Assembly (NCBI GenBank): GCA_004431415.1
Contig: QPMI01000432.1
Location: forward strand, 62,001-126,000
Source: Cyanophora paradoxa CCMP329
Taxonomy: Eukaryota > Plantae > Glaucophyta
Length of the DNA stretch: 64,000 bases
Direction: 5' to 3'
The notes below the pieces were generated by a model. The model was not told the origin of the DNA. It saw only the letters and a list, made by a program, of their open reading frames with translations, and did no database searches. This document shows, piece by piece, positions 24,946 through 38,591 of the stretch. Within the stretch, counting starts at the first letter, position 1; every line of letters starts with the position of its first letter. A program made the position numbers and the translations under genes.

Positions 24946-26535
24946 ATGGCCCTCGCAAGGGCCGCGGCGCGCCTGGCGGACCCTTCTCTCGGCCTGCATG
25001 CCCGCGTCGAGGTCGCGCGGGCGCTGCATGGCTCCAGGAGAGTTTCCGCTGGTGGACCGCCGCCGGGTCCGCGCCACGCCGGCTTCACAGGCCCGTGCGA
25101 CCGCCCGTGGCTGACGCGAAGAACGCATCTCGATGCGTGCAGCCGGCTCTGGCGTCCCGCAAGTCTTCGACCGCGAGCTCGTGCGGCGGCAACGCTCCAG
25201 AGCGGCTGCGCTTGCCCGCTCGGACCCCGACGGCCCCCGACGGTACGACTACCTGTTCGAGGAGGTTGCGCGGAGGCTCATCGACAAGCTCGAGGCGAGC
25301 GCGGCCCGCCGCGCGTGATGGGCGCTCCGTCGACGCGCTGCGCAGGACTGCAAGGGGAAGTTCCCGACGGCGATCGAGCTCGGCGCGCGCTCTGGCCACC
25401 TCACGCGAGAGCTGATGCGTACGGGCGCCGGCGGAGTGCAGCGCATGCTGCTTACCGACTTGAGCGGTGCGTGCGCGCCCGTCCCGGAGCGCGCTGCGCG
25501 GCCCGCGCCGGCTGAACGCGCGCCCCTCCAGAGGAGATGCTGCACAAGGACGACGACCTGCCGCCTGAGGACTTCCCGCACAAATGCGAGCCCGCGCGCC
25601 TGCGCCGCGCGCTTCGCTCCGGGCCGCGCAGCTGAGTGCGCGGCGCGCAGTCGAGTTGGAGCGGCGCGTGGCGGACGAGGAGCTGCTCCCCTTCGAGCCG
25701 GGCAGCGCGGACGCCGTCTTCGCGAACCTCTCCCTGCACTGGGTGAACGACCTCCCGGGGGCCCTCATCCAGGCCCGCCGCACCCTCCGCCCCGACGGCC
25801 TCTTCCTCGGCGCGCTCCTCGGGGGGGATACCCTCCACGAGCTCCGGCGCGTCCTTTCCTGTACCCCGGGCCCGCCTGCCACCCCTGACCGGCCCGCAGG
25901 GTCTCCCTGTCCCTTGCTGAGCAGGAGCGCGAGGGGGGCGTCAGCACTCGTATTTCCCCCTTCGCTGGTCCGCTGTCCCTTCCCCGTCCCACATCGTACC
26001 CTCACGCCGATCGCAGGGGTACGAGACGCTGGCAACCTCCTCTCCCGCGCCGGCTTCGCCATGCCTGCCGGTACCCCCCATTCCGACCACGTACCCACGT
26101 TAATCTAAGCCGTCCCGCAGTGGACAGCGACGAGCTGGTGATCGACTACCCCTCTCCCCTGGAACTCATGTACCACCTCCGCCGCATGGGCGAGACCAAC
26201 GCCGTCCGGTACCCCCCTTCCCCGCCCCGCCCTCGGCTCTCCGCCCAGCCTCACCGACCGCCCTGCGCCATGGCCGTGGCAGGATGCGGCGGGGGGCGCT
26301 CAGGCCGGACGTGATGCACGCCGCCGCCGCGATCTACAGGGAGATGTTCGGGAACGCGGACGGGACGGTGCCGGCGACCTTCCAGGTGGTCTACATGCTG
26401 GGCTGGTCGCCGGACAGCAGCCAGCCGCAGGCCAAGGAGCGCGGCTCCGCCCAGCTCTCCCTCAAGGACCTCCCCGCCGACTTCAAGATGACCCCGCTCG
26501 AGGAGGATCCGGGGGCCCCCGACGAGAAACGTTGA
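24946..26535 (+). CDS. NDUFAF5: NDUFAF5 complex I assembly factor (SAM-dependent methyltransferase-like arginine hydroxylase)
   Basis: [59 protein letters not shown]|[33 protein letters not shown]. Arg-rich presequence. Confidence 0.93.
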
Positions 26536-26829
26536 CGTCAACGCAGGCCGTGACCGTACCCCGCTTCCATCCCGTCGCTTATAGCTTATCGAATCAATTA
26601 ATACGTAAGAGGCCGCCCAGTGCGTGCGAAGGGGAGGAGGGTAGCACTGAAAAACGGGTAGCCTGCACTGTTGAATCGACTCCAAGCGACTGAAGCTAGC
26701 AGCATGCTAAGCTCCATCGGGCGAGTGTTAAAGAAAGATGGAAGGGGCGCGAAGGCGGGCGCGGATGGATGGTCTGGGCGGGGTAGGGGCCCAAGGAGGA
26801 GGGGTTGCGGGGCCCGGCGGGTCGCGTCG

Positions 26830-28340
26830 TCATTGGGAGTTGGGTATCGAGTTGACGAAGAAGGAGAAGATGTCAGTGACCGAAATGATGCCCTCCACGC
26901 GACGGTTCGCGTCGATCGCGATCAGCCGGTGGACGTTCGCCAGCGCCAGCTTCTCGAAGACCGCGCGCAGCGTGTCTTCTTTCCTGCACAGCTGCACGCC
27001 CGGCGTCTGGCCCCAAGTCAGCCTCAGCGCGCTGCGACGAGGGGGAAGGAAGGGCGGAAGGGAGGGAGAAGCGGACCCGCGCGCTATGGTGGACGGCCCG
27101 TATGATGGGGTGGTCGAGGTTCGAAAAGGTACGGTCCCGCGCAAGCGCCTGGCCGCAAGCCGTCAGCTGGGGGGCGGGGGCGGGCGGCGGGGCCCGGAAC
27201 GAACCGGAACATCCGTCCGCGAGAAAACGTCCATGACAGCTCCTGCGCGGCGCCCCGCGCGTCGGCCACGTGTTACCCGTAGCTAGGAGGAGACCGCGGA
27301 CCGTGCTCGTCTACGATGGGGGCGGCGGAGATTCTCCGCTCCGAAAGAAGGTTAAGCACCTGCTCCAGCATAAACGAGAGAAAGGAAAGGAGGCAAGGAA
27401 GCTCGGCTGGCGCGCCTGGATGACCGGCATGTCCTTGCCGACCGAGACGATGTTCGAATACGTGCCGATCCCCAGCTCGTGGACTGGCCTGTCCAGGATC
27501 TCGTGGCATCCCCGCAGCTAAGCGGCCGCTTCAGCTCGAAGCAGCGGCGCGGAGAAGGGCCCCGAAGAACGGCGCACGTTCCGGACGATGAATCCTAGGA
27601 TGCGGGAGTGGGTAATGATGTGCAGGACAACATTGTGCTCCGTGCGTTCTATTATCGGTAGCCGGTGGATCTTGTGGTGCTGCAGCTTGAAGCACGCTTC
27701 CAGCACGTTGTCCTCCGGATCGACAGAGATTAGCTCGCGTGGCCGGGTCTCGATCAACCGCTCTGCGTGTGCCGCGCGCGGCACTGGATTAGCAATCGCG
27801 ACGCTGCGCACGGCAGGCGAGGCCGCGCTCACCCCGCCAGTTGCGAATGCTCTGCTCGTCTATCGCGGCTCCGATGGTGGTCGGTCCCGCCTTGTAGAAA
27901 TGCCGCAGGATATCGCAGAAGTCTGTGACTGTCACAATGCCGACATAATCCTGCAGGCGGCTGTCCCAGAGCACCGCAGCGTGGGTCTCTGCGCGAGCGG
28001 GAGTAAGCAATCGGCCTGTAACCCGGCGGACTCTCGCGGAAGCTGTCTTATCCGCTTCAGCTATCGGTTTCGCTGAAGCTAATCGGATCGCACCGTGCTC
28101 CAAGAGCGCCTGGAAAGCAGTGCGCAGCGGAAGATCGCAGTCGAGCACGACCACCTTTGCGCTCTCGGGCATGAGGTCGTACGTGCTATGCTTGCGGAGA
28201 AACTCGATTATCATATGGACGGCGGATCGGCCCAGTGCCTGCGATCGTTCAGGTCTCGAATCGCGCTGGGCGCAGGATGGCACCTCTGTCGACTCCGCAG
28301 CCGGCTTGGGCGTCGGAGACGTCTGCATCGGCGCCGCCAT
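26830..28340 (-). CDS. SNF4: AMPK/SNF1 gamma subunit (CBS domains)
   Basis: YDLMPESAKVVVLD, AVLWDS..DYVGIVTVTDF, KIHRLPII, RRISAAPIVDE, VHRLIAID...GIISVTDI. Confidence 0.9.
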
Positions 28341-28667
28341 TGCCGCGCGGCTCGGGCACCAAAGCCGCACCGCTACCCGTCTAAGACTCCTCCCCCCCAC
28401 CTTCGACTTCCCGCGCGTAGCTAGCAAGCGTAAAGTTGTGGCGCCCGACTGCGTACGCGTTGTCCGCGCTTCAGATCCACCCACTTGCGCAGAGCTCGCA
28501 AACTGCAACGGCAGGGGCCGAGCGGGCGGTTCATTGTCGCACAGTGCGGCATCGCGCCTGCGGGGCTACTTGGCTAGCGGGACAGGCGGACAGGACTGAG
28601 AGGGGGCTCAAGCTGAGGGGCCCAGTGCCCCGAGCGGCGGGGAAGGGATGCGGCGGGGCGCCGGCGG

Positions 28668-30932
28668 TCAGACAGTCTTGTACATGTTGCGGCCCTCGAC
28701 GGACATCTTGTGGGGCCGGAAGACAGCAGTCGACTTCTTCTCCGTGATCTTCTTCATGATCTTGAACTTCGCGCTGTCCTTGTTCTCCTGTCCGGCCGCG
28801 TCGGGCCCCGCCGCCGGGCGGGGCGGGGCGGGGCGGGGTGGGGCGGGCAGCGGCGAGGGGCGCACCGTGCGAGCCGACTGGGACTGGCTGGCCTCGGCGC
28901 TGGACTCGGGCCGGCGGAGGAAGTTGAACTCCATCTTGTAGGGGATGCGCGCGTGCGGGACGAAGCCAGCGTCTCCGACCTTCATCCTGCAGCGCCCCGG
29001 CTCGACCTCGTCGCGCAGAGAGCGCGGGGGCCGGGGCGGCGGGGCGGGCGCGGCGCACCGCCTGTTCTCCTCCTGGGGGCTATCCGCGGCATCCGAGCGG
29101 CGCCTGGGCGGGCGGTGCGAAGGTAAGGGAGAGAGGGATGAGGCGGGATTGGAGAGGGAGAGGGGCGCACAGGGGTACGCCCTCGCGATCAGCGCGCTCC
29201 ATCTCGTACTCGCGCAGCTGCGAGAAGTCCGTCGACTTCTGGAACGTGTACCGCGCCCAGCTGTCCTTGAGCTGCGCGGCGGCGGCGGCGGCGGCGGCGG
29301 CGCGTCACCGGAGGAAGAGGGGCGGGGGCGGGCGGGCGGGCTGCCGGCGGACCTCGCGGGCGAGGCGCTGGTTCTCGGGGGACTCCTGGGCGAACTGGCC
29401 GAGGTAGGTGACGGACTTGCCGAGGTCGGTGTTGGCGAGGAGGTCCATGTCCTCCGAGCCGAGCGAGAGCGCCTTGAGGCACTTCAGCACCGCCGAGCGC
29501 ACGTTCACGTTCGGCAGCGACCCGTCCGGCATCCGCTGCAGCCAGCGCGCCAGCACCTGCCCGCCGGCGTCGGGCGCGCACGGCCCGCCGCTGTTCTAAG
29601 GACGGTACCTGGAGGATCTGACAGTCCATGAAGTACGGCCGCATCGGCCGCCTGCGAAGCGGAAGGGGGCGGGGCGGTCAGGCGGCGAGGCTGGACCTGC
29701 TTGGGCGGGGTCGCCCGCACTTCTCGAGCTGCGCGACGACCTCCTGTACCATCTTGAGCTTGTTAATGGCCGGCTTCCGCGCCCTGTTCGCCTCCATGTC
29801 GTCATCCGCCGCCTGCGCGCCGCCGCCCCGCCCGCACGTCACGGGGCGCGCGGGAGGAGAGGGGGGGGAAGGCTCCGTGCGCGCCCGCTCCATGCGGTTG
29901 ACGAAGCCCACGACCTGCTCCTTGATCTGCTCTGCGTTCAGCTGGCTCTTCTTCGCCCGCTTCCCCGCCTTGAGCCGCTCCAGCGCCTCGTCCAGCTCGT
30001 TCTTCGGCCCTGCGCGCCCCGCCCCGCCCGCTCGGCGGCCCGCCCCGCGCCCCCCGCCCCGCGTACGCACCTGACGTCTCCTCCTCGTCGAACTGCACCC
30101 CGCTCTGCGGGCCCGTGCGTTCAGCCCGCACCCACGCACTCCTCGAACGCGCGCGCCCGACGCACCGTCCCGGGGAGCGCTCCGTCCCCGCCCTCCGCCG
30201 GCGCAGGCCCGGCATCCTTCTTCTTACGAGGCCGCTTGGGCTTGGACTCCGCGCCAGGCTCCGCCTCCTTCTTCTGCGCCCGAGCGCTCAGCGAGCGGTC
30301 GCGGTTCGAGGCGCGTCGGGGCCCGCCTTCCGCGGCTTCTTCGGCTTCTTCTCGGCGTCCCCATCGCCACTCTCCTTTCGCTTACGCTTCGGCTTGTCCT
30401 CGCCTCCCTCGGACCTGCTTCGTATGAGCATCTAGCGCCGCGCTTCTCGGCATGCCATCGGCTGAAGGGCGCACTTGCGCTTCTTCTTGGACTTCTCCTT
30501 GTCCTTGCCCTTCTGATTCGGCATTTCCTCAAGCATTTGCTTCAACCGCTCCCGCATGAATTGTGCTCTCTTGCTCTCGTCCTGCGGCTCTGCCAGGGGA
30601 ACGCGCACGACGACGAGTCAGGCGGCGGTGCGGATCCTGCGCGCCTGCAAGCGTACCTGCAGGAGCAGCCTTTGCAGGCTCGTCTCCCTCCTCGTCTGAG
30701 CCTCCGAAGAGATCATCGATCAAGTTCTGCGGGGCGTCAGCTGCCTCGCTCCCCTGCACTTCGCACCCCGCCACGGCGCGCATACCTGGTTCGGCTGCGC
30801 CTCGTTGCCGGACTCTGGCTCGTTCTCTGCGCCGCCGTCCACCTCGAGCCCCTTGTCGCTGTGGCGCGGTTTGGCGAGCTCGGCGCAAGGCAAACCGCTG
30901 CCGCCGGCTCACCTGCCCTCATCATCGCTCAT
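28668..30932 (-). CDS. IWS1: IWS1/Spn1 transcription elongation factor
   Basis: Acidic N-terminus, AADDDMEANRARKPAINKLKM, WLQRMPDGSLPNVNVR, LGKSV, SWAR, HARIP, C-terminal MSVEGR. Confidence 0.9.
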
Positions 30933-31027
30933 GCTTGCGTGCTCTGCGAACTGCGCTTGAGAGGGAGGGCGAAGGTTGGTCGACCCTGGGTATGCTGCAC
31001 AGCTCGACTTTTTTTCGGGCCGCACCG

Positions 31028-32420
31028 ATGGAAGAGGACACGCGGGCGATCGTGCTCGACGAGAAGTGCTACAAGCAGGTGCTTCAAGTCACGGTCGCGC
31101 GTGCTCTGCTTCCTTCGGGCTTGGCAGCGCATGTTAACGCGCGTCCGTCAGTTCGACGACCCTGACTACGTCGGCACCAAGATCGAGGTGCGCACCTGGA
31201 GGCCGCGCTGCGGTCGCCTCGGGAGTGCATGGACATCGAGCGCCGACCTGCCCGCGTCCGCAGTGGGACAAGCATGACTTCGAGAGGAGAGTGAACGCAT
31301 TTTATCGTGCGTTCTGCAGTACGCATCTGCAATGGGCAGCGGCCCTTCTGCAGCAGCGTCCGGGTCCCTCGCGCGTTTGCACACTAGTCTAGCTAACTCC
31401 GTAAGCACACGCAGAGGAGGCCAAGCGTCACTACGGCGTGCTTCCATCGCTGCTTACCGATCAGGGCGTAGAGCCCCCGCTCGTGAACGGTCGGTACTCG
31501 TGGAGCAAGCACCTGTTCGTCTCCAACTTGTGCGCCCCCCTCCCCCGCCTCCCGCGAGCCGAACGCACTGCACCTGGAATTTATCTCTCGTGGCTTCGAT
31601 AGTACCACATCACGGGCTGGAAGCATGGAGATCACCCCTCACAACCGGCACCTTCTCGAGTCCGGATACAAGCGGCGGTGCATATGCCCTTCTCGCGGCG
31701 TCGCCGCGCTCTCGTCGCTCAACCGCTTTCAGGGAGAATGGCCTCTCGTTCCTCTGCCGGTGGTTCCCCGAAGACAAGGTACCCCCGCCGCGGCCGCCGC
31801 GGCCTGGTCGACGCGGGGCGCCTCGAGCTCGCCGGGGGCGGCCCGCAGGTCCACGCGCCTGTGGCTGCGTTCCTGGACGTGGTACTGCACCACCGGGACA
31901 AAGTGAACGAGGAGCGGGCGGGGCGCGGCCTGCCCTCCGTCACCGAGCCCGCCCGCTGGCGCATCGTCGACGTGAAGGCCCAGGAGCACCCCTACGGTAC
32001 CCCCTTTGACCCCTCTCTCTGCTCTGCTTGACGCGCCGCCTTCCGTGTGTAGAGGAGCCGATGCAGCCGTACACGCTGCTGCGGTTCGCGCTGGGCAGCC
32101 GCGATGGGGGCGGCAGCGTGCCCCTCGACTACGATGAGTACGAGAAGGTGCCCGGAAGCACTGCACCCTGCCCTGTCCCGCCCGGCCCCGCCTCGACCGA
32201 CCGCTGACTGGCCCCGCCGCCCGCGCTCAGTGCGTAGAATACTGGGAAGAACAGTTGCGCACACACACACACACACCCCCCCACCCCCACCCCCCCCTCC
32301 ACCCCCTTTCCTGCCCCTCCGCCACCTGACGTGCAGTGCCCCTCACGCAGCGCGGTCGTCGGCCACCACGCGCACGACCCCCTGCACCAGAACCAGATCT
32401 GCCAGATCCCCAGCCGATAG
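31028..32420 (+). CDS. DUF3228-family protein (divergent)
   Basis: Spliced IVLDEKCYKQ|FDDPDYVGTKI, KHLFVSNF, ITPHNRHLLESGY, RWFP, FLDVVL, KAQ...EPMQP.T..R.ALG, VPLD...YWEEHA. Confidence 0.8.
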
Positions 32421-32739
32421 CGTCCAGCCCGAACCTCCCGCGCGCCAGTTTCGTCTCCTTCTAGACAGAAGTCAGATCAGAACATAGGTTTCAGGCCAGG
32501 CGCGGCACCGGCTGCTGCTGCTTCCCTTGTAGTCGTGCCTAGGGTCCAGCGTGCCGCACGCGCAGTGCACCGTGGCACAGGACCGCGGGGCTCCCCCGCA
32601 GAGCTCGAGCCATCGACGTGGAGTGACAGGGCAACGAATAATTCTTAGATCAATACCGGACGCTGTGACACCCATCCATTCCTACGATAATACCGTCTAA
32701 TACGTGAACTGTCCGACGCGCGGCCGCCGCGTGCCTAGA

Positions 32740-34337
32740 CTAGACGTCCTGGACCTCGAGGTTGGGGTCCTCGGCGCGGGCGGCGTAGAGGAGGAGGTCC
32801 TCGCCGTCGAGCGGGTCCTCCTCGGCGAGGGCCTGGCTGGGGGCGTCCAGCTGCGGGTTGCGGATCGCCCTGTCGATGAACTGCCAGAGCGGGTCGATGA
32901 AGGCCGACTTGACGAAGCTGACCGCCGCGTCGTGCCCGTCCGAGATGCGCTGCAGCGGCGCCTTCTCGGGCACCTCCTCCTCCACGCTCCTTGTCCCGAC
33001 CTTGGCGGGGATCTCCGTCGCCTTCTTCACCTCGGCCTCCTCGGTCGTCGTGCCGCAGTTCTGCGCCCCGCGGCGTCAGGGCCGCGTGCGGCTCGGGGCG
33101 GGGCGCAGCGGGGCGGGGCGCGCCTTGCCGCCGAAGATGCAGCGGTGGGCGATGACGGGGTCGGCCATGGGGGGCAGCTCCACCGGGATCTTCTGGAAGT
33201 AGGGCAGGCCCTGCACGGGCGACCCCTCCTCCGTCTCCAGCGAGTGCTCGTACCTGCGCGGCGCCGGGTCAGGCAGCGCCGGGCCGGCTGGGCGGCTGGA
33301 GAGAGAGGAGCGCGCACAGGGGCAGCATGTAGGAGACGGGCCCCATGTTGGCGAGGATACCGTTCTCGAAGCGGACGATGCTGCCCTCCTTCATGTTCGC
33401 CCTCCACGCCTCGCCGACGGGCTTCACCACGACCGAGTTGAACGTCGTCGGGTTCTTAAACATGACTAGGGAGCCGACGTGCGAGAAGAATGTGTCCGGA
33501 GGCGTCTTCCCCGCGTCCCCCGCGGGCTGCGTCGTCGCCGTCGAGGTGCTCGAGGTCGAGGGCGTAGGCGCGCTGACGGGCGCTGGCGCAGCCACTGTCC
33601 GGTCTGGCGAAGAGCCCGTGACCTGGCGCGCCCCGTGAGCCGCAGAAAGGGCACTGAATCACTCAAGCGAGCGCACGGTGGGCTCCGAGGGCGCGGGCGC
33701 GGCTTCGGCGTCGTCGAAGAACAAGGACCCATAGTCCTCCGACTCGGCGGAGGAGTACGGATCCGACGGCGGCTGCTCTACGCGCGATGCCTTCCCGCCG
33801 CGGAACTCCATGTCGTCCAACTCCTCGGCGCCCGCCTCCTCAACTGCGTCGAGGATCTCCGCCTCCAGCCTCAGCAAGCGCCCCCGGAAATCTTCGCTGT
33901 ATGCTTCCATCTCTTCGATCGGCCCGACGTTCTCCTGGAGCCGAGTTAGTTCGCGGCCGTCGATGACCGCGGCAAAACGTGGTTCTCTCGCACCTCGCCT
34001 GCGGCCGCAAACGCTGCTAGCCGGTATGCGGTCTCCATGCACTCTGCGCCAGCTGCTGTTTGCGGGGTCGCTGCTGCTGCTGGATGCTGCTTCGGTAGAC
34101 ACCTCCTAGAGACTCGTAGTAGACAGTGGCTCCTAGAGAGGGGTACACAAAACGGCGATCGGCGTTCGCATTAGAAAAATAAAGGACCAGCTCGGGCCAA
34201 TCACAAGCAAGCATGCTCATTCTTGCGGGGTACGAGCGTTTGAATTGAGGCTTGAGGCTTGAGCTCGAGCCGCTGAGCTTCAAGGCTTGCCTCCGAGGGC
34301 TCGCGAATTGCGATCCGATGATCGAGTGCGCATGCAT
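32740..34337 (-). CDS. Hypothetical protein (start uncertain)
   Basis: Several high-GC3 exons join in frame (TFFSHVGSLVMFKNP...ENGILANMGPVSYMLPL|YEHSL...IAHRCIFGGK) and end at TAG. No family recognised. Confidence 0.55.
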
Positions 34338-34399
34338 GCACGTGCGTGAGAAATCGATCTCGACAACGTTAACCCTTGCTGCGAACTTCAATTCACTCA

Positions 34400-34881
34400 G
34401 CGCTATCGCTCGCCCGACCGCGCCGGAATGCCCCGGATCCGGAGTCGACCGCGGGACCCCGCCGCGGCCGCAGGCACCGCAGGCAGGGGCGCCGACAGAG
34501 CACAGGGATCCGAGCCCAATCTCCGACGGAATGCCCGACCGCGCCGGAATGCCCCGGAGGCGACCGCGGGACTCCGCCGAGTCGGCGCCAACGCAGGCAC
34601 CGCAGGGGCGCCGAGCCACCACAGGGAAACGAGCGCTGTTTCGCATGGGCCTATGGCGCAATGGATAACGCGCTTGACTACGGATCAAGAGATTGCAGGT
34701 TCGAATCCTGCTAGGCTCGCTCTTTTCCCGGCACCCCGCCCTCCCTCCACGCGTACCCCGCCGCGACGTTTCGAATTGAGATCGCCGGCCTCCCGGGCTT
34801 TGCTTTTTGCTCTCCTGCGCACCGCGGGCGCTCCCCACAGCGATGAGCTCCGCGTCCCGCCGGCGCGCCCTCGCGGCCGGC
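34400..34881 (+). repeat. Left arm of inverted duplication (promoter + tRNA-Arg + first 13 codons of the downstream gene), with an extra degenerate tandem copy of a ~95-bp unit
   Basis: 34533-34881 is the reverse complement of 40306-40654 with about 5 substitutions by eye. 34411-34507 repeats 34533-34626 imperfectly. Confidence 0.95.
34647..34719 (+). tRNA. tRNA-Arg(ACG), copy 1
   Basis: 73-nt cloverleaf: acceptor GGGCCTA/TAGGCTC, anticodon arm CTTGA-CTACGGA-TCAAG, T arm GCAGG-TTCGAAT-CCTGC, then a TTTT terminator. Confidence 0.97.
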
Positions 34882-37800
34882 CGCGCGGTCGACCGCTTCC
34901 TGTCGCCTGTCGCAGCCGCCCTCGTGTATCTGGCGGGCTGCCTGGCGGCCTACTCGCTCTCCCTGCCCTTCTACGATGTGTTCCGGTTGTTCGGCGGGGC
35001 AGTCCGCCCGCTGTGCATCCCGCAGCTCGCGTGGGCGCTCGGCAGGCTCGCCGCGGGCAGTCGCTGGCGGAGGTGCGCACGCGTGTTGGCCGTCTATCGC
35101 AGAGCGCATCTGACGCGATTTGCTCGCAGGTGGTCCCACCGCGCGGGCCGCTACATGCTCGCTACCAGTGCGCTCTCCGACGAGCGCATACGCAGTCTCA
35201 CCCGCGGCAGCTGAGGGGCCCGGCCGGCGCGCAGGCATTGCGACGTGGCTGCTGTACGCGGCGGTGCTGGTGCAGTATGTGGAGTATGAGGGCCTGGGCC
35301 GCAGCGTGCCCGTGCTCGCCCCGTACCTCGCCCCGGCCCTCGCCGCCGCGGACGGCAAGGCCGCCGGATTCCGCGCCTGGCTCCTCTCCCTCGCATTCCT
35401 CGGCGCCGCCGGCGTCCTGTACGTCGTCCTCCCCGAGCGGCGCGGGCCCCGGCCCCGCCGCCGCCTCGAGGGCGACTCCGAGAGCGGAGGCGAGGGCGAG
35501 GGGGGCGAGGCAGAGGAGGCCCCGCGGCGCCCCTGGGTCGCCCGCCTGCGCGCCTTCCACGCGAAAGCGTACCCCTACGCCCGGAACCTCTGGCGAGCGC
35601 CCGCCCTCGGCCCCGCCCTCGCGGCCCGCCCTCGCGGCTCGCCAACAGGCGCCGGGCTGACGGAGATGGCGCGTTCGCAGGCGGGCGCTGGCGGTAGTCG
35701 CCGTGGCGCTCGGCCTCTACAGCGCGCTGATCGACCGCGACTGGCACGACCACTGCAGCCTCCTCCACTTCTGCGTCGGCCTCGGTACCCCCCCGCGCCC
35801 CGCCCCGCCCGCCCGGCCGCCCCGCCCCCCTTCATCTCGTTCAGGGCCCGTGACGTACGTGCTCGCCGCGCCGCTCCTCGTCGCGGGCGTCCTCCTGCCC
35901 TTCTTCTGGGCCTCCCACGCCCGCAACTTCGGCGCCTTCTGCCTCGCCGCCGGTACCCCTGCCCCCCAACCCACCTGAACCAGTACCCCCCACCTCTTCT
36001 GACCAAAGCTCGGGCAGCGGCCTTCGGCTGCTTCGCGTACTTCGCGGCGGCCCGCGAGGCGCTCCTCCTCGCACTCTCCGAGCAGCAGGCGCGCCGATTC
36101 GTGTACCCCCCTCCCATTCCTTCCCCCCCGCGCTCACCTCCCGGGGGGGCAGCGGTGGGTGGCGGAGGCGTGCGACCTGCAGCTGCGCGTGTACTCCCGC
36201 ATGCTGGGGTACCGCAACCTCCTCCAGACCCTCGCGAGCCCCGACGGCTGGAAGGCGCCCCGCACCCCTTCCCCTCTGATCTCGCCCGCCTCATCCTGAC
36301 GCGCGCCCCGCCCTCCTCTCAGCTGCTGGGGACGGCGTGGTCGGGGAGCCAGCTGTGCCTGCTGAGCCTGGGCCTCGCGAGCGGGGCGGCCGTCCGCCTT
36401 CCGGGCGGGGTCTCCATCGATCCCCTCGCCCCCCTCTACTCGTGCGCCCGCTGCGCTCAGCCCTCCTTCGCGTCTTCGTCGTCCGAGCGCCCGTCTCCCT
36501 CCGCAGCGGGGCGGGGGCGGTGCTGGAGTACGCTCGGGAGGGCCTGGGCGCCCTCCTGGACCTGCTGGGCGCCGACGAGGGGCGGCGCCGCCCCCTCGAG
36601 ATGCGCGCCCCCTTCCGCGCCTGGCTCGCCGCCCTTGCCTGCCTCGCCGCCGCCGGTGGGTGCCCCCGCCCGCCCCGCTTCCTTGTGGACCCCCCTCTAA
36701 CTTCTCGGCCTCGTAGGAGCCCTGGCGATGGCGTTCCCGGGCCCCCGGAGGAAGGGAGAGGGCGGGGCGCTCGGCTCGACTCGGGGGCCCGCCGGCTCCG
36801 AGGGCGAGGAGGCGGAGGGCGGGAGCCCGCGGGGCGGGCCCCCCGCCGAGGCGGCCCGCAACCCGCTGCACGCCTCCTCGCGCGCGGCGGGCGCCGCCGG
36901 CCCCCCGCCCAACCGCTCCACCGCCGGGTCCCGGGCCGCCTCTGTGCCCCTCCCGCTTCGCCGGCGGGCGGCGGGGGCCAAGTCCCGCGAGTGGGGCGGC
37001 GGCTTCGGGCCGGCGGCGCCCGGGCACGTGACGGGCCTGGGTACGGGCATCCTCCGCCTCCTCGAGGGCGAGGAGGCCCCCGAGGCCCCCGCGGGGCGGG
37101 ACTGGGCGGCTGGGCCCCTCTCGGCGCAGCTCTTCGCGCTGGTGCAGCCGTGGGCGGACGACGTGGGCAAGGCCGCCGTGCTCGCCGGGGGCGCCGCCGC
37201 CATCGCCGCCATCAGCGCCCCCTGGACCCCAGACGACGCCTGCCTCCTCCCCTCCTACGCCCTCGGCGCGCCCCCCCGCCCCCGGCACCCGCCCAGCTTC
37301 CTCTGACCTCCTAGTCCAGGCTTCGACGTGCGGGTGCTGGCGTGCCTGCCGGCGGCGTGGGCGCTGCTCGCGCTGCTCGTGCAGTGGAACGAGAGCCCCT
37401 CGGCCTTCTTCGGGGGCATGCTCGTGCTCGCCCGCCCGGGCCTCCTCGGCCTCGCCTCCCTGCTTCTCGTGCCCCTCCTCGAGTGCCTCCTCTTCCCGGA
37501 GCCGCCCCTCGCCTGCGGCTCCCCCGCCCTCGCCGCCCTCTTCTCCTTCGGCTCCCGCTTCCCCCTCGCCGACATCGACCCCGCCCGCTTCCTCTCCGAG
37601 GTCCCGCCTTCTCTTCTTGCTTGCCTGCTTGTCCGCTGGGGCTTACGCCCCGCGCGCGCAGGCGCCGGCCGCCGTGGGGGGCGCCCTCGCCTCCGCCGCC
37701 GGCATGGCCGACACCGTCGCCGCGGCGCTCGCCTCCGCCGCCTCCCTCGCCAACGGCACCTCCCTCGCCGACGCCCTCGCCGCCGCGGGCCGGCCGCCGC

Positions 37801-38591
37801 CGCCTTCGCCGCCGGCGTCCCGGGGCCGTCGCGGCGGCCGCGCAGGCGGCCCCCGGGGCCGTCGCCTCGGCCGCGCAGGCGGCGCCCGGCGCGATCGCGG
37901 GGGCGGCCGAGTCGGCGTGGAACGCCGCCCCGGGGCCATCGCCGGCGCCGCCCAGTCGGCAGCGGGGGCGGTAACCGGGGCGGCGACGGGGGCGGCGCAG
38001 ACGGTGGCGGAGCAGGCGGCGCCGGCGCTGCTCTGGGCCCTCCGCGGCCTCGTGGCGATGGGGTACGCCGCGCTGCCCAAGTGCCGCGCCTCCATCGAGT
38101 GGCGCGCCGGGTACCGCTACTGGTTCGCCGGCACCGCCACCTCCGTCGCCGGTGCGTCCCGTACCCCCCTCCCTCGCTCGAGCTCGGCCTCGAATCTGAG
38201 CCCCCCTCCCGCAGGCTGCGCCGTGCTGTTCTTCTTCCGCCGGGGGCGCCCCGCGGTGGCGGCGGAGGCGCGGGCGGAGCGGCCGCCGCTGGGCGCGACG
38301 CTGCGGCGCTGCGGGCGGGAGGCGGCGGCGAGCGCGAGGGCGGCGGGGCGGGCGCTGGCGAGCGCGGCTCGGGCCCTGTGGCGCCTGCCGGGCCGCCTCG
38401 GGTCCCTCTGCGGGCGCCGGAGGGGCCCGGCCGCCGAAGGCGATCGCGAGGGGCAGGCCTCGGCCTCGGCCTCGGCCTCGGCCTCGGGGCCCCGCTCGGG
38501 GCGCGTAACGCGGCCGCCCCCCGCGGCGCTGGCGCAGGCGCGGCCGCACGTGAGCGCCTCCACGTTCAGCAGGGCCCTCTCCCCGCCCTAG
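34843..38591 (+). CDS. Hypothetical multi-pass membrane protein
   Basis: Many hydrophobic exons (WLLYAAVLVQYVEY, LAVVAVALGLYSAL, LAAPLLVAGVLLPFFW, WALLALLVQW) and an Ala-rich C-terminal region. No family recognised. Confidence 0.6.

Noticed and set aside
31427-31471. Apparent 27-45 nt mini-intron in DUF3228
   Set aside because: The segment reads through in frame (YGVLPSLLTDQGVEPP), so no intron is required.
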